From positions 14,361 through 78,360 of the forward strand of contig JBBUAW010000010.1 of the NCBI GenBank assembly GCA_038058475.1: 64,000 nt of DNA, written 5' to 3'. Within the stretch, counting starts at the first letter, position 1. The number at the start of each line of letters is the position of its first letter. Made by a program: the position numbers and the translations under genes. This stretch comes from Patescibacteria group bacterium (GTDB lineage Bacteria > Patescibacteriota > Minisyncoccia > Phycocordibacterales > JACOZG01). Of this stretch, positions 1 through 9,515 are shown piece after piece. The notes below the pieces were generated by a model. The model did not search any database, was not told the origin of the DNA, and saw only the letters and a program-made list of their open reading frames with translations.

Positions 1-1093
1 AGGCCTTTGACCACACTCCCGCTTCCCGGAGATAATTTGTCAGCAAGTGAGCCGAATAAGCAGCTACCCAAATTAAAAAGGGAACAAAATAAAGTAGATT
101 CATTTTGTGTCGATTCGGGCCAAAGAAAAAATGGGCTAGAAATAACGATACGATAACGGCTAGTCCAAAAAGGAATAGGGGGTGAGAACGAGCAAAAGAA
201 CGGAGACGATGCCGCCATTCCACCAAAACAAATAGGATACCAGTCAAAACCAAAACTATAAACGGAAATAGAGTAGTAAACACCTGTAACACTAATTTAA
301 GCCGACTTTCGTTTAAAAAATAACCGAAAAGTGACGATGGGGTCATCGCGGCCGTTGGAGGGAGTAATGGCAATAAATCTAATGGTAAAACTGATGCCAG
401 CGGGCCAAACATCACAAAGAAAAAAGAAAGTGCATATTCTGGGTCAAGCCATAAATAAGGAATTTCCAAGACAAAAATGGCGGCCAAGGAAGAAATTACC
501 GCTAACCCAAAATATCGCCAGCGATAGCGGAGAAGGACAAACAACCATAAGAGAACCAGAGCGGGCAACATATTGTAACGACTTAAAAAAGCCAAGGATA
601 TTGCAACCGCAGACAAAATCACGCGACGACGAATGGGCCAATTTTCAATCTGTAAAAACCAGACGGAGAGGAAGGAGCAAACACCGATCAGGGCGAAAGG
701 GGAAGCGGTAACTAATTTACCCACCACAAAGGGATGGAAAACGAGTAAAGCCAAACCAAACAATCCTAACCACTTTCCGCCAACCCGACGCAGACTGTCA
801 TATAACAAAAAAGCTAAACCCAACAATAAAATTAAGGAGAGCCAGCGGTAAGCCAAAATACTCGGACCGAACCAACCTTGCCACCCGGCCTGAAGATAAA
901 ACGTGACTGGTGGATGTTTTTCTACAAAATCCTGAAATGGATAGGCTAATTTTTCAGCGGTTAGCCACGGTTTATAACTATTAGTGGCTTCGTCAAACCA
1001 AGAATCTTGAAAAATAACATAGTAACCGGCTGACAGTACAAGAATTGCTATCAGTAATCCAAAAACCAGTTTAAAATGTTTTGATGATTCCAT
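1..1093 (-). CDS. Polytopic integral membrane protein, GT-C-like (ArnT/PMT-type) glycosyltransferase candidate. The 3' end runs off the window, so it is partial.
   Basis: I translated the minus strand by hand from ATG at 1093-1091 to position 1 and found no stop. About 364 aa are visible and they are very hydrophobic with many predicted TM helices. A D-E pair in the first periplasmic loop (WFDEATNSYKPW) is reminiscent of GT-C enzymes. The ORF track omits it because the ORF never reaches a stop inside the window. The plus-strand ORFs 331-711 and 633-851 are its antisense. Confidence 0.45.
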   Translation of the reverse strand, partial: MESSKHFKLVFGLLIAILVLSAGYYVIFQDSWFDEATNSYKPWLTAEKLAYPFQDFVEKHPPVTFYLQAGWQGWFGPSILAYRWLSLILLLGLAFLLYDSLRRVGGKWLGLFGLALLVFHPFVVGKLVTASPFALIGVCSFLSVWFLQIENWPIRRRVILSAVAISLAFLSRYNMLPALVLLWLFVLLRYRWRYFGLAVISSLAAIFVLEIPYLWLDPEYALSFFFVMFGPLASVLPLDLLPLLPPTAAMTPSSLFGYFLNESRLKLVLQVFTTLFPFIVLVLTGILFVLVEWRHRLRSFARSHPLFLFGLAVIVSLFLAHFFFGPNRHKMNLLYFVPFLIWVAAYSAHLLTNYLREAGVWSKA

Positions 1094-1099
1094 ATATTA

Positions 1100-1861
1100 T
1101 TAAACGACAATATAGGATTGGTAGGAATTAATCGCCGAACGTCGCAGTTGGTATTGCTTGAGATTTAAAATCTCCTTTACCGCCAATGTTTCGCCGGGAT
1201 ATTCCCTTTTACCCAACTCATCAAAAGCGATAATACTGCCTTTTGTTAAATGAGGTAAAATAGTTTTCAGGCAAACTTTAGTAGGGCGGTAAAGCCCAAA
1301 ATCAAAATAAGCCAAGGCAACAATTGTCTCCGGATGCTTTTTGAAATAATCGGGGACGGTCTTGATGGCATCACCTTTAATCAATTTAAATTTTTTGAGA
1401 TGGCTAATTGGTGACTCTTCCTCGTGATATTGCAAAACTTTTTCCAGATATGATTCGTAACCGGTGCCGACCGCACAACCCAAAGATCCTTCCTCGGCGA
1501 CAATAGAACCGTCTTTGGCATCAATAGAAGAATGGCCGGTAAAAGTATCAAAGCCGATCATTTGCCGCGTATAATTGTATGGCTCATACATCCCCCTGAA
1601 TGATTCAAACAGAGCTAAGTTCTGACCCCAACGTGTTCCAAAATCCAATATAACTCCGTGAACATTGATTATCTGCCGATATAAATCGTGAAGATAGAGG
1701 ATGCGGGATAAGATCTTGCGATTAGCGTAGAGGCCAATATTTTGCAAAATCTCATTGTCCGGTATCGGCGTCCTTTTTAATAATTTGACGAAATTGGCCC
1801 GAATTTCTTTTTCTCGATCGGATTCATGACGCAAGATGATAATTTTATTTTTATTGGGCAT
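1100..1861 (-). CDS. TylF/MycF-family (macrocin-O-methyltransferase-like) SAM-dependent sugar O-methyltransferase.
   Basis: The 253-aa ORF contains GVILDFGTRWGQNL and IGFDTFTG motifs typical of the TylF/NovP family. It is a clear paralog of the 17291-18070 ORF. Confidence 0.6.
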   Translation of the reverse strand: MPNKNKIIILRHESDREKEIRANFVKLLKRTPIPDNEILQNIGLYANRKILSRILYLHDLYRQIINVHGVILDFGTRWGQNLALFESFRGMYEPYNYTRQMIGFDTFTGHSSIDAKDGSIVAEEGSLGCAVGTGYESYLEKVLQYHEEESPISHLKKFKLIKGDAIKTVPDYFKKHPETIVALAYFDFGLYRPTKVCLKTILPHLTKGSIIAFDELGKREYPGETLAVKEILNLKQYQLRRSAINSYQSYIVV

Positions 1862-1900
1862 GACTTAGATATTAATGATACTCTATCATGTTTTTTCGCT

Positions 1901-3025
1901 CTAAACAACCGTTGGCAAAATTCGATTTGGCCGGTCTTGGTCGCCATCGCCGGAAGTGACATACCAATTTTCTTTAAGATTAAAGACCTCTTTTGGTAAA
2001 CGATTGTGAATATTACCGCCGTTAAAGCTGATGGTGCCAAAGTTTAATCGAGTTAAATCTACTGGGTCAAATAACCGTGTGAATTCATCGGCGGGCGGCG
2101 AAAGTATAAATCCAGCTGCGGTAAATGGTGCTAGGAAGTGAATCGAAGCACAAAAAAAGTCAATGAGAACAACTCTCTCTTCACGGGCATTTTTTACTAG
2201 TTGCTGAAGTAAAACCTCGGCCCCTTTTTCTCGCGCTAAAAATTCAACAATGCGGCGTAATTTAAGTCCATTTTCTTTGACAATTTGGTCACGATAAACC
2301 ACCAGACCAATTACTTCACTTTTTTGTTTAGCGAGCAAAAATTGGTAACGAAAAATAGGATGATTGGCGTAGCGCCAATTAAGAAATTTCATCGAGCGAT
2401 CAGAAATATTTCCAATTGTCATTCGGAGCTGTTGCCAAAATTGCTCTACGTCTTCCCCTACCCGATTGGTTTGCTCAATAATCACCGACATTGACTTTAA
2501 TATTGACGGTTTAATAATTTGCTTTGATATCAATTCTGGCCGCCGGCTGAAAGCGGCGGCTGCCGGACTTAAAACCGCCATCGCCCGACCGAGCGTTCCG
2601 AAATTTATCCAACCAAATTTTTGGAGAATGATTTCGGCGGCAGTGTTGGCCCCCACATCTAAAAAAACATCAAACTCATCATATATTGCTTGATGTAAGG
2701 CTCGACCAATACCCCGACCACGCCAGTGCTCGGCCACAATAAAATTACCACCCCAAGCGGCATGATATTTGTGCCCACCCGACCAAAGATTGACCGGCAC
2801 ATAAGCACAATGACCAATAAACTCTCCTTCACTTTCCGCCACTTTGATTGAATAATTCTTACCATTATGGTTAGGGTTATCATGGAGCCACCATCGCCTA
2901 AACCGTTCGTTTGTTAAAATATATTTTGGTTGGTATTGTTGTTCATAAAATACTGTTAGCTTAGTTCCCTCATCTAATCGCGGATTTTTTATTTTAAATT
3001 TCATGTTGTTTGATATACTCCGCAA
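1901..3025 (-). CDS. Two-domain GNAT-family N-acetyltransferase.
   Basis: It carries the acetyl-CoA binding motif HWRGRGIGRALHQAIYDEF. A second acyl-CoA N-acyltransferase-like half follows. The start is uncertain, with an alternative M 7 codons downstream. Confidence 0.6.
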   Translation of the reverse strand: MRSISNNMKFKIKNPRLDEGTKLTVFYEQQYQPKYILTNERFRRWWLHDNPNHNGKNYSIKVAESEGEFIGHCAYVPVNLWSGGHKYHAAWGGNFIVAEHWRGRGIGRALHQAIYDEFDVFLDVGANTAAEIILQKFGWINFGTLGRAMAVLSPAAAAFSRRPELISKQIIKPSILKSMSVIIEQTNRVGEDVEQFWQQLRMTIGNISDRSMKFLNWRYANHPIFRYQFLLAKQKSEVIGLVVYRDQIVKENGLKLRRIVEFLAREKGAEVLLQQLVKNAREERVVLIDFFCASIHFLAPFTAAGFILSPPADEFTRLFDPVDLTRLNFGTISFNGGNIHNRLPKEVFNLKENWYVTSGDGDQDRPNRILPTVV

Positions 3026-4544
3026 TTAATTGACGTCGGAAAATTTTACCGGAAGCTGTTTGGGGAATTTTGTCGATAAAAATAATTTCTCTGGGACATT
3101 TGTATGACGGTAAATATTTAGTACAATGAGTTTTAATTTCTTCCATTAACGACTCATTTGGCTTAGACGCCACTACAAAAGAAACGATGTCTTCACCGTA
3201 TAGCGAATCGGGGATGCCAACAGTTGCTACTTCGTTAACTTTAGGGGCTAAAACCAAAATAACATTATCCACTTCAAGTGGTGAGATTTTGGCTCCGCCT
3301 CGATTAATCATCTCTTTAGATCGACCAATCATAAAATAAAATCCGGACTCATCTTTGTAGGCTAAGTCACCGGTGCAGAACCATCCGTCACGCCAAGCTA
3401 ACGCTGTTTCTGCTTCGTTACGATAATAATCATCAATCACGTTTGGACCCCGAACAGCGATCTCGCCCACTTCACCTTGAGCAACTTCTCGACCAGTTGT
3501 CGTTATTAAACGACTTTCAATCGGCATTCCAGTCGGAAGACCGATGGCTCCTAAGCGGCGACGCTCTGGTTCGGCCGGATTGAAAAACAAAGCTCCGGTT
3601 TCGCTTAATCCGTGTTGATTGGAAATGCGAACACCAAAACGAAACTCAAATTGTTCCTGGAGAGAAACGGGTAGAGGGGCGGAGGCAGAACCGATAAACT
3701 TTAATTTAGGCAATGGTGGTAATATTGTCGCGGGAGATTCTTTTAATAAAATTGAAAGTACTGTTGGAACAACATTAACAAACGAAGCCTCACTTATTGC
3801 TAAGTTTGACCAAAAAGTACTGCAGTGAAATCGCTCATAGAGCACGAAGGCACTACCTACAGTCAAACCGGGTAAAAAACCGCAAGTCGCCAAAGCAGTA
3901 TGGTAACAAGGCATTATTCCCATTTGGGTGTCAGCTGCAGTGAAGCGATAAGCTCGGCCGAGAACCCAGGCACTGACCAATAAATTTTTAGGTGATTGGG
4001 GAATACCCTTAGGAACACCGGTGGTCCCGGAACTAAAATAAAGTGAACCTGGGCAATCGAGACGGGTCTCGTCATAAAGATTTTGTTTCGGTTTGATTTT
4101 ACTTAAACGCTCCCTCAACTCGTCAAGCGCTAGAAGCGCAAGCGGTCGAGAACCAAGCATAGTTTTAACTTTTTTAGCTTGTTCTACTTCTGGAATACCA
4201 TGGAACAAAAGTGAGATATTAAAAGTGGTAATCAAACTCTGAATTAGATTGTGTGGCGAATCGACCGCTATGGGCATAATTAGGGTGCCTAATTTGAGAG
4301 ACGCTAAATAGAGAAAAAAGAATTCTGGTCGATTGCGCGTAATTATCCCAAAGCAATCGCCGGAGCGTAGACCGAATTGAACAAGTAAAAGAGCAGTTCG
4401 ATCAATAAAATCATTGAGCTCTTGATAGGAATAGCTGACATCAGGATGCTCACCATCAACTAGACAAGTTTGGTCGCCAAAAAAATGCACTCGATCTAAC
4501 CAAAAGTCATTAAAATTTTTAAATGCCAAAATATTAGATTTCAT
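2994..4544 (-). CDS. AMP-dependent synthetase/ligase of the ANL adenylating superfamily.
   Basis: The 516-aa ORF has an SSGTTGVPKG P-loop-like AMP-binding motif and GDLAYKDESGFYFMIGRSKEMI core motifs. Confidence 0.75.
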   Translation of the reverse strand: MKSNILAFKNFNDFWLDRVHFFGDQTCLVDGEHPDVSYSYQELNDFIDRTALLLVQFGLRSGDCFGIITRNRPEFFFLYLASLKLGTLIMPIAVDSPHNLIQSLITTFNISLLFHGIPEVEQAKKVKTMLGSRPLALLALDELRERLSKIKPKQNLYDETRLDCPGSLYFSSGTTGVPKGIPQSPKNLLVSAWVLGRAYRFTAADTQMGIMPCYHTALATCGFLPGLTVGSAFVLYERFHCSTFWSNLAISEASFVNVVPTVLSILLKESPATILPPLPKLKFIGSASAPLPVSLQEQFEFRFGVRISNQHGLSETGALFFNPAEPERRRLGAIGLPTGMPIESRLITTTGREVAQGEVGEIAVRGPNVIDDYYRNEAETALAWRDGWFCTGDLAYKDESGFYFMIGRSKEMINRGGAKISPLEVDNVILVLAPKVNEVATVGIPDSLYGEDIVSFVVASKPNESLMEEIKTHCTKYLPSYKCPREIIFIDKIPQTASGKIFRRQLIAEYIKQHEI

Positions 4545-6547
4545 AAAATAACCGGTTTTAATTTAAGTGCCAAAGACGCTTTAAGCGGTCGGCCAATGGG
4601 TAAATAACGATTAGTGTCATCAATTTCAGCTAAGGAAAAAAAGACTCGTAACAAATAAGTTGATATCGATGGAAAAGCCTGGAAGTGAAGCATTGGTAAA
4701 GCTGCTCCAACGGTTGGATCTACAATCAATTCCAATCCAGTTCGTTTATCAAAAAGAAGTAGGTGTCCGTCAGTATTACCGAGCGCATTTCGTGCTGAAA
4801 CTAATAGTGAAAGCGGTTCACTGGAAATTAGACCAGCATTGCTCAATTTAAAGCGTTCGCGCCTACCGCCGTTTGCCACTTCATAGCCAATTGATTCCAA
4901 AGCGAAAGCTTTTGGATTAATCGATATAATGCCTGTTCGAATAGAAGCTGGTAAAACATTATTGAGAGCAAAATCGTATTGTAAATTAATTGCTCCTGTC
5001 ATTTCAATAGTAATTTCTTTGGTAACTGTGCCGATCGGCAACACCACTATTGCTTGCAAATGCACATTACCATTTACAATTTCAACCACTGGTTCTACTG
5101 ATTTCAAATCTTTGAGTCGAGCTCGCCCGGGTAATTCAATTACTGTATGACCGCTGTGAAAATCTGAGTCGAGCAAAAAATTACCAAAAAAACCTAGTGG
5201 TAATCGACCTAAGACAGGCTTTACACCCAGTATCGGAAAAACGAGTGATTCAATCGCCAGTCCTCGCCGCAAATTGAAAGTCGCTGTCACGGCAGGGGCG
5301 GTGACGGTTAATAAGTGACCATTTCTTATGATTGATGGTACCTGCATTCGAGTAGATTTAACTGAACTGACTTTGATAGCCTTCGGTAATAATATATTAG
5401 ATAGAGTTTTAGTAATTTCTTTTTTTACTTTATCAAAACGCTCTTTGCTAATATGTGTCCGAAAATCACTGCTCCAAAAATAACATAGACATCGCCAATC
5501 TTTATCGGTGGCTCCTTGTTTGCTAAATGATTGTTCTAAACAATAGCAGGCGGTGTTTAAACCGAGAGAATCAAGACCAGTTAAACCCCAGCGAACTAAA
5601 TTATATTCAGCTTGTTTTTTAACAATAATCGGTTGAGCCGGAGTCTCCAAAGTTAAACCAGTAGTCGAAGACGGAGGGCACATTTTCAATAAGTAACTCG
5701 GGGTGGTAAAAATAAATCGTGTGTCGGTTTGTAAAGTTTCGAAAAGAGAGTGAATTCGTGCCCACTCGCCAAATTCTGGCAGGGGTTCCTCATTTTCATA
5801 ACGTCGTGGACGAAAATCGAAAACTTCCGTATCACTGCCATAAAGAGAGAAGGCGCGCGGGTGATCGGAAATTTGACGAGTTAAATAAGCTAAATAATCA
5901 TTATAAGTTTCGTCACCACGCACAAAGTGTTGAAAATATTGAGAGGCTTTGGAATCAATCCAAATTACTGGTAAGTCACAGCCAAGACCATGTAGTCGTT
6001 GTGGCTCATATTCAAGTTCGGTCGACCAATTGGGATGAGAAACAGCAGCATTATTCCACTCCATGATCACGGCACGATAACCAGCATCGCAATAAAGCGG
6101 AATTAAACCAGCCGAGTAACTGAGTTCGTTAATTAATGCCACGGTTGGTCGACAGCCAAGTTGTGTTTCATAAATCTCCATTCCCAGACGTAAATTAGCC
6201 GTGTTAACTGACGCCGGAACGAGCGGTCCAATAATTTGACAGTAACCACTGCCAATTAGTTCACAAACCCCAGTCTCAATTAGAGCACGAAATTTAGATA
6301 CCCAGTTTGGGTCAAGTTGCGCAATTTGTTCTAAAGTATAACCAGTCACCTCCAATGCAATTGCGCCAGGAAAATCTTCCGCTAAATTCAAAAGTGGCCA
6401 GTAACAATGTTTAATCACCTCAGGCCGTGCCACTTCAGTAATCGAGGAGTAGGCTAAATTGAGGTGAAAGATAGAATAGAGAGATAGTTTGGTCACACTA
6501 AGTGGTAGGAAGTTTAATATTAATGATATAAGCGGGATCAAAATCAA
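4541..6547 (-). CDS. GH57-like glycoside hydrolase superfamily protein.
   Basis: The N-terminal region (IFHLNLAY ... ALEVTGYTLEQIA ... ELIGSGYCQII ... INELSY ... YRAVIMEWN) aligns by eye with the GH57 catalytic domain layout (HxHQP ... VNVHFSGPLLEW ... EIV ... TERVW). The 5' end overlaps the SDR gene by 50 nt, so the true start is probably an internal or alternative codon. Confidence 0.45.
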   Translation of the reverse strand: MILIPLISLILNFLPLSVTKLSLYSIFHLNLAYSSITEVARPEVIKHCYWPLLNLAEDFPGAIALEVTGYTLEQIAQLDPNWVSKFRALIETGVCELIGSGYCQIIGPLVPASVNTANLRLGMEIYETQLGCRPTVALINELSYSAGLIPLYCDAGYRAVIMEWNNAAVSHPNWSTELEYEPQRLHGLGCDLPVIWIDSKASQYFQHFVRGDETYNDYLAYLTRQISDHPRAFSLYGSDTEVFDFRPRRYENEEPLPEFGEWARIHSLFETLQTDTRFIFTTPSYLLKMCPPSSTTGLTLETPAQPIIVKKQAEYNLVRWGLTGLDSLGLNTACYCLEQSFSKQGATDKDWRCLCYFWSSDFRTHISKERFDKVKKEITKTLSNILLPKAIKVSSVKSTRMQVPSIIRNGHLLTVTAPAVTATFNLRRGLAIESLVFPILGVKPVLGRLPLGFFGNFLLDSDFHSGHTVIELPGRARLKDLKSVEPVVEIVNGNVHLQAIVVLPIGTVTKEITIEMTGAINLQYDFALNNVLPASIRTGIISINPKAFALESIGYEVANGGRRERFKLSNAGLISSEPLSLLVSARNALGNTDGHLLLFDKRTGLELIVDPTVGAALPMLHFQAFPSISTYLLRVFFSLAEIDDTNRYLPIGRPLKASLALKLKPVIL

Positions 6548-7181
6548 TTACCGTACCCGACACCGCTTTAGCACCACCCTCGGCTAGCCAAAGAATATAG
6601 GAGGCGACATCTTCTGGTTCGATCAAACGACCAGAAGGAATGCGTTTTTGAATAAGAGGAAACATTTTTGGATTAAATTCAGTTGTCTTCATCAACTTGG
6701 AGAGATGCCCCAAACGCAGGCAATGAGTCGAGATCCCATATTGACCCCACTCTACTGCTAACTCCCGAGTTAAGCCTTCAAGAGCGGATTTAGTTGCAGC
6801 ATAAGCCGCTCGTTCGGGATAAGGATGAGTAGCATTGATAGAAGAGATAGTTACAAAAGTTCCATGTCTATTTTTTAATCCCCTAAAAGCATGCTTGGCT
6901 AAAAGAAAAGCGCCAGTTAAATTAATATCTAGGACTCTTTGCCAATCGGCTAGTGGCATTTCTTCAGTTTTATGCGAGTGGGTGACTCCTGCCAAATAAA
7001 TTGCCAAATCAATCCGTTTCGGTAATGACTGATAAGAATCCTCCTTGGTCGAATCCGGATGATTATTACCCAACCAAGTTGGATCAATTTCATATCCGGC
7101 CTTACGCAACTGTTTAACCAGCGCTTTTCCCAAATTACCGGTTGCTCCAACGACGACCGCTGTTTTTAGATTTTTTCCCAT
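6498..7181 (-). CDS. Short-chain dehydrogenase/reductase (SDR) family oxidoreductase.
   Basis: It has a VVGATGNLG Rossmann motif and a YAATKSALEGLTR catalytic YxxxK motif. Confidence 0.75.
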   Translation of the reverse strand: MGKNLKTAVVVGATGNLGKALVKQLRKAGYEIDPTWLGNNHPDSTKEDSYQSLPKRIDLAIYLAGVTHSHKTEEMPLADWQRVLDINLTGAFLLAKHAFRGLKNRHGTFVTISSINATHPYPERAAYAATKSALEGLTRELAVEWGQYGISTHCLRLGHLSKLMKTTEFNPKMFPLIQKRIPSGRLIEPEDVASYILWLAEGGAKAVSGTVIDFDPAYIINIKLPTT

Positions 7182-7738
7182 CGTGAGTGTTTAGCTAAGT
7201 AAACCCAAATATAAGAGACGTGGACTCCCGGTTCACCAACAACTGGATGATAACCCATTGGCACGGTTGAAAATTGTCGGTCAGTGACGGGCCACAAATC
7301 ATCCACCTTATCACCGTTTGACCACATTCCACGGCCCAATTGAATTGCTCGACCAGAGCCACCTTTGATTAAATGGAAAAAAACTTCCTCAAATCCCGGC
7401 TCCAAACTTAATTCAAAGTAATGTGGCAAGCTAGACCAAGTCCCCTCGCCGCGATGAATCGTGATCCCTAATCGCATGATGGGAGCCGGCCCACCAGGTT
7501 TAAGCCAGTGATACACATCACGGCAAAAATTACTTTCTCCAACCACTACCTTTTTTGCATCAGTTATGCTTAAAATAGTCTTTTTATTGTTTGGGCCAAC
7601 AAAAATTACTTTATCAATATTATTATTTTTTAAATGCACTTGCGCTTTTTCTGTTTTTGTTTTAAATATCAAGAGATTATCTTGGCCAAAGACAGAAAGT
7701 GTTTTTAGATGGTTTTTATTACTCCATTTATAAGTCAT
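7166..7738 (-). CDS. Cupin-fold protein, possibly a KduI/IolB-like sugar isomerase.
   Basis: The 190-aa ORF has cupin-like segments: HYFELSLEPGFEEVFFHLIKGGSG and PGVHVSYIWVYL. The family assignment is tentative. Confidence 0.3.
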   Translation of the reverse strand: MTYKWSNKNHLKTLSVFGQDNLLIFKTKTEKAQVHLKNNNIDKVIFVGPNNKKTILSITDAKKVVVGESNFCRDVYHWLKPGGPAPIMRLGITIHRGEGTWSSLPHYFELSLEPGFEEVFFHLIKGGSGRAIQLGRGMWSNGDKVDDLWPVTDRQFSTVPMGYHPVVGEPGVHVSYIWVYLAKHSRWEKI

Positions 7739-7756
7739 AAAAACGGATTATAATCG

Positions 7757-8719
7757 TTAAAATTTTATATGTCCAGTTAAAAGATAATCATGGATATGAT
7801 TGGTATTGAATCGGGGAAGTAATAATTGGTCATCACTGGCTGCAACCGAACGATAAGCCATCATCACTCCAGAAGTAAAACCGTTTTTTTTAACAATTGC
7901 CAATATGGGCGCTGTTTGGACTGGTAAACGGCCGTAAGGATAACTGATGACGGAGGAGGTGATACCTAAAATTTTGGCCAAAATTTTTTGTGATTGCGTC
8001 AATTCAACGGTAATTTCATTTTGAGTCAGTAAATCAAACGGTCGATGCTGATGAGCATGAGCTCCAATCACATGACCCCGCCGAGTTAGGTCTTGAATTT
8101 CGGCAGCTTGCATAAAAAGCTCCGCCGTTAAAACCTGGGGATTCAAGTGTAATTCTTGAAATGTCGCGGTTAAAAATTTTCTTTGCCAAACCACCGGTAA
8201 ACTGGGAAAAAATTCTTTAAAATTCGCCGTGTAGACATCGTCATGTAAACGTAACGGATTGAGATGGTGGTTGGTGGGAATTATTAACTGTTCTCGCTCG
8301 GCTAATTTACCATTTTGCTCTAAAAATCGATGATATCGATCCACTACCTGTTTGCCGCTCCAATAAGAAAGCAAAACATGGAGACCGTGAGTGATTGGTA
8401 ATACCCCATCAAGAACACTACTGATGACAAAAAAAGTGCCTCGACAGCCTTTGGTTTCCAAACGCGGCGCAGCTTTTTCATATTGGTCACGGGTGGCATC
8501 ATCAAAAGTCAAGGCGCAACTGGGCGGGCCATTTTGGCGAGCTGCTAGTGATACTTCCGGCACGGTAACGATTTGATAATGGGCAGTTAAAAAATCTAAC
8601 TCGGTGGCGAAATCAGCTGGCCGCCGTGGGTGCATCCCGCGCCGGTCCGGACGTTCGTTAAAAATATAATGATACATCACAATGATGTATTTATCCCGTT
8701 TTGGACTAAAAATCGGCAT
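7757..8719 (-). CDS. Polysaccharide deacetylase (NodB homology domain, CE4 family).
   Basis: It has the LTFDDATRD motif and the HAHQHRP His motif typical of CE4. Confidence 0.7.
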   Translation of the reverse strand: MPIFSPKRDKYIIVMYHYIFNERPDRRGMHPRRPADFATELDFLTAHYQIVTVPEVSLAARQNGPPSCALTFDDATRDQYEKAAPRLETKGCRGTFFVISSVLDGVLPITHGLHVLLSYWSGKQVVDRYHRFLEQNGKLAEREQLIIPTNHHLNPLRLHDDVYTANFKEFFPSLPVVWQRKFLTATFQELHLNPQVLTAELFMQAAEIQDLTRRGHVIGAHAHQHRPFDLLTQNEITVELTQSQKILAKILGITSSVISYPYGRLPVQTAPILAIVKKNGFTSGVMMAYRSVAASDDQLLLPRFNTNHIHDYLLTGHIKF

Positions 8720-9515
8720 TGGTGGAGGATTTATAAGCGACCAGAAAATGCGCCTGGGCGATAAGAGAGTTGGTTTTGTAAGGATAGGACATAAACTGCT
8801 GTCGTAGCCAGAGATGAATTTTGCGTAACCAGGTAATCAAGCGGTCAGTTCGTGGAGTAATTGGTACCCAAATCGGAAAAGGACAAACATAGGTGATTTG
8901 GACCTGATTAAAACCAACTTTTCGGGCTAATTGGGCAAAGTCTTTTGCTCGCAGGTTATTGCGGTAATAATCCCTTCTGATATTATCTTGATAGTGACCG
9001 AAGATTTTCTTGAAAAAGCGCATTATTGTATTTAGCGACTGGATGGAAAATTTTTTCGGAATGTTGAGGGAAATCATCATCCCGCCCGGACGGAGCAAGC
9101 GATATTCTTCGGCAAATAATTTTTCCACCTCGGTAGCGGGAAAATGCTCGGCCAAGCCGATGGATACCACGGCGTCAAAGGAATTAGCGGGCAAACCGGT
9201 GACCAAAGCGTCGCTGACTACGAACTCGGCCGTGAGGTCTAGTTGGGCAAAATTTTCTCGTGCCAAGGCAACAGCAGCCGGTTCATTATCAAGCACGGTG
9301 AGTTTAAGCCCAAGATATTTAACCAAATAGAACGAGATTGTTCCTCGCCCGGCGCCGACCTCTAAAACTTTTTTCACTTCGCACTTGGTTAAAGCATTTT
9401 TAATAAACAGAAAATAATAATAGAGGTTGAGTTGACGCTGGCTTATCGGCTTCGCGCCCGGTTCCACAAAAAGTGATCGCTCTTTCCAGTTGGCAAAAAA
9501 ATTCTCCTGACTCAT
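8706..9515 (-). CDS. Class I SAM-dependent methyltransferase.
   Basis: It has motif I VLEVGAGRG and motif II FDAVVSIG. I chose the ATG at 9515 (MSQENFF), which forms an ATGA overlap with the stop of the upstream gene. The track gives a longer ORF ending at 9575. Confidence 0.65.
   Translation of the reverse strand: MSQENFFANWKERSLFVEPGAKPISQRQLNLYYYFLFIKNALTKCEVKKVLEVGAGRGTISFYLVKYLGLKLTVLDNEPAAVALARENFAQLDLTAEFVVSDALVTGLPANSFDAVVSIGLAEHFPATEVEKLFAEEYRLLRPGGMMISLNIPKKFSIQSLNTIMRFFKKIFGHYQDNIRRDYYRNNLRAKDFAQLARKVGFNQVQITYVCPFPIWVPITPRTDRLITWLRKIHLWLRQQFMSYPYKTNSLIAQAHFLVAYKSSTNADF

Noticed and set aside
331..851. Plus-strand ORFs 331-711 and 633-851, with Lys/Arg/Pro-rich translations.
   Set aside because: They lie antisense to the continuous minus-strand membrane-protein frame at 1-1093. 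They are purine-rich, low-complexity and have no motifs, so they are spurious.
2285..2883. Short plus-strand and alternative-frame ORFs inside the GNAT gene.
   Set aside because: They are nested within a longer coherent ORF that has clear motifs, and they have no motifs of their own.
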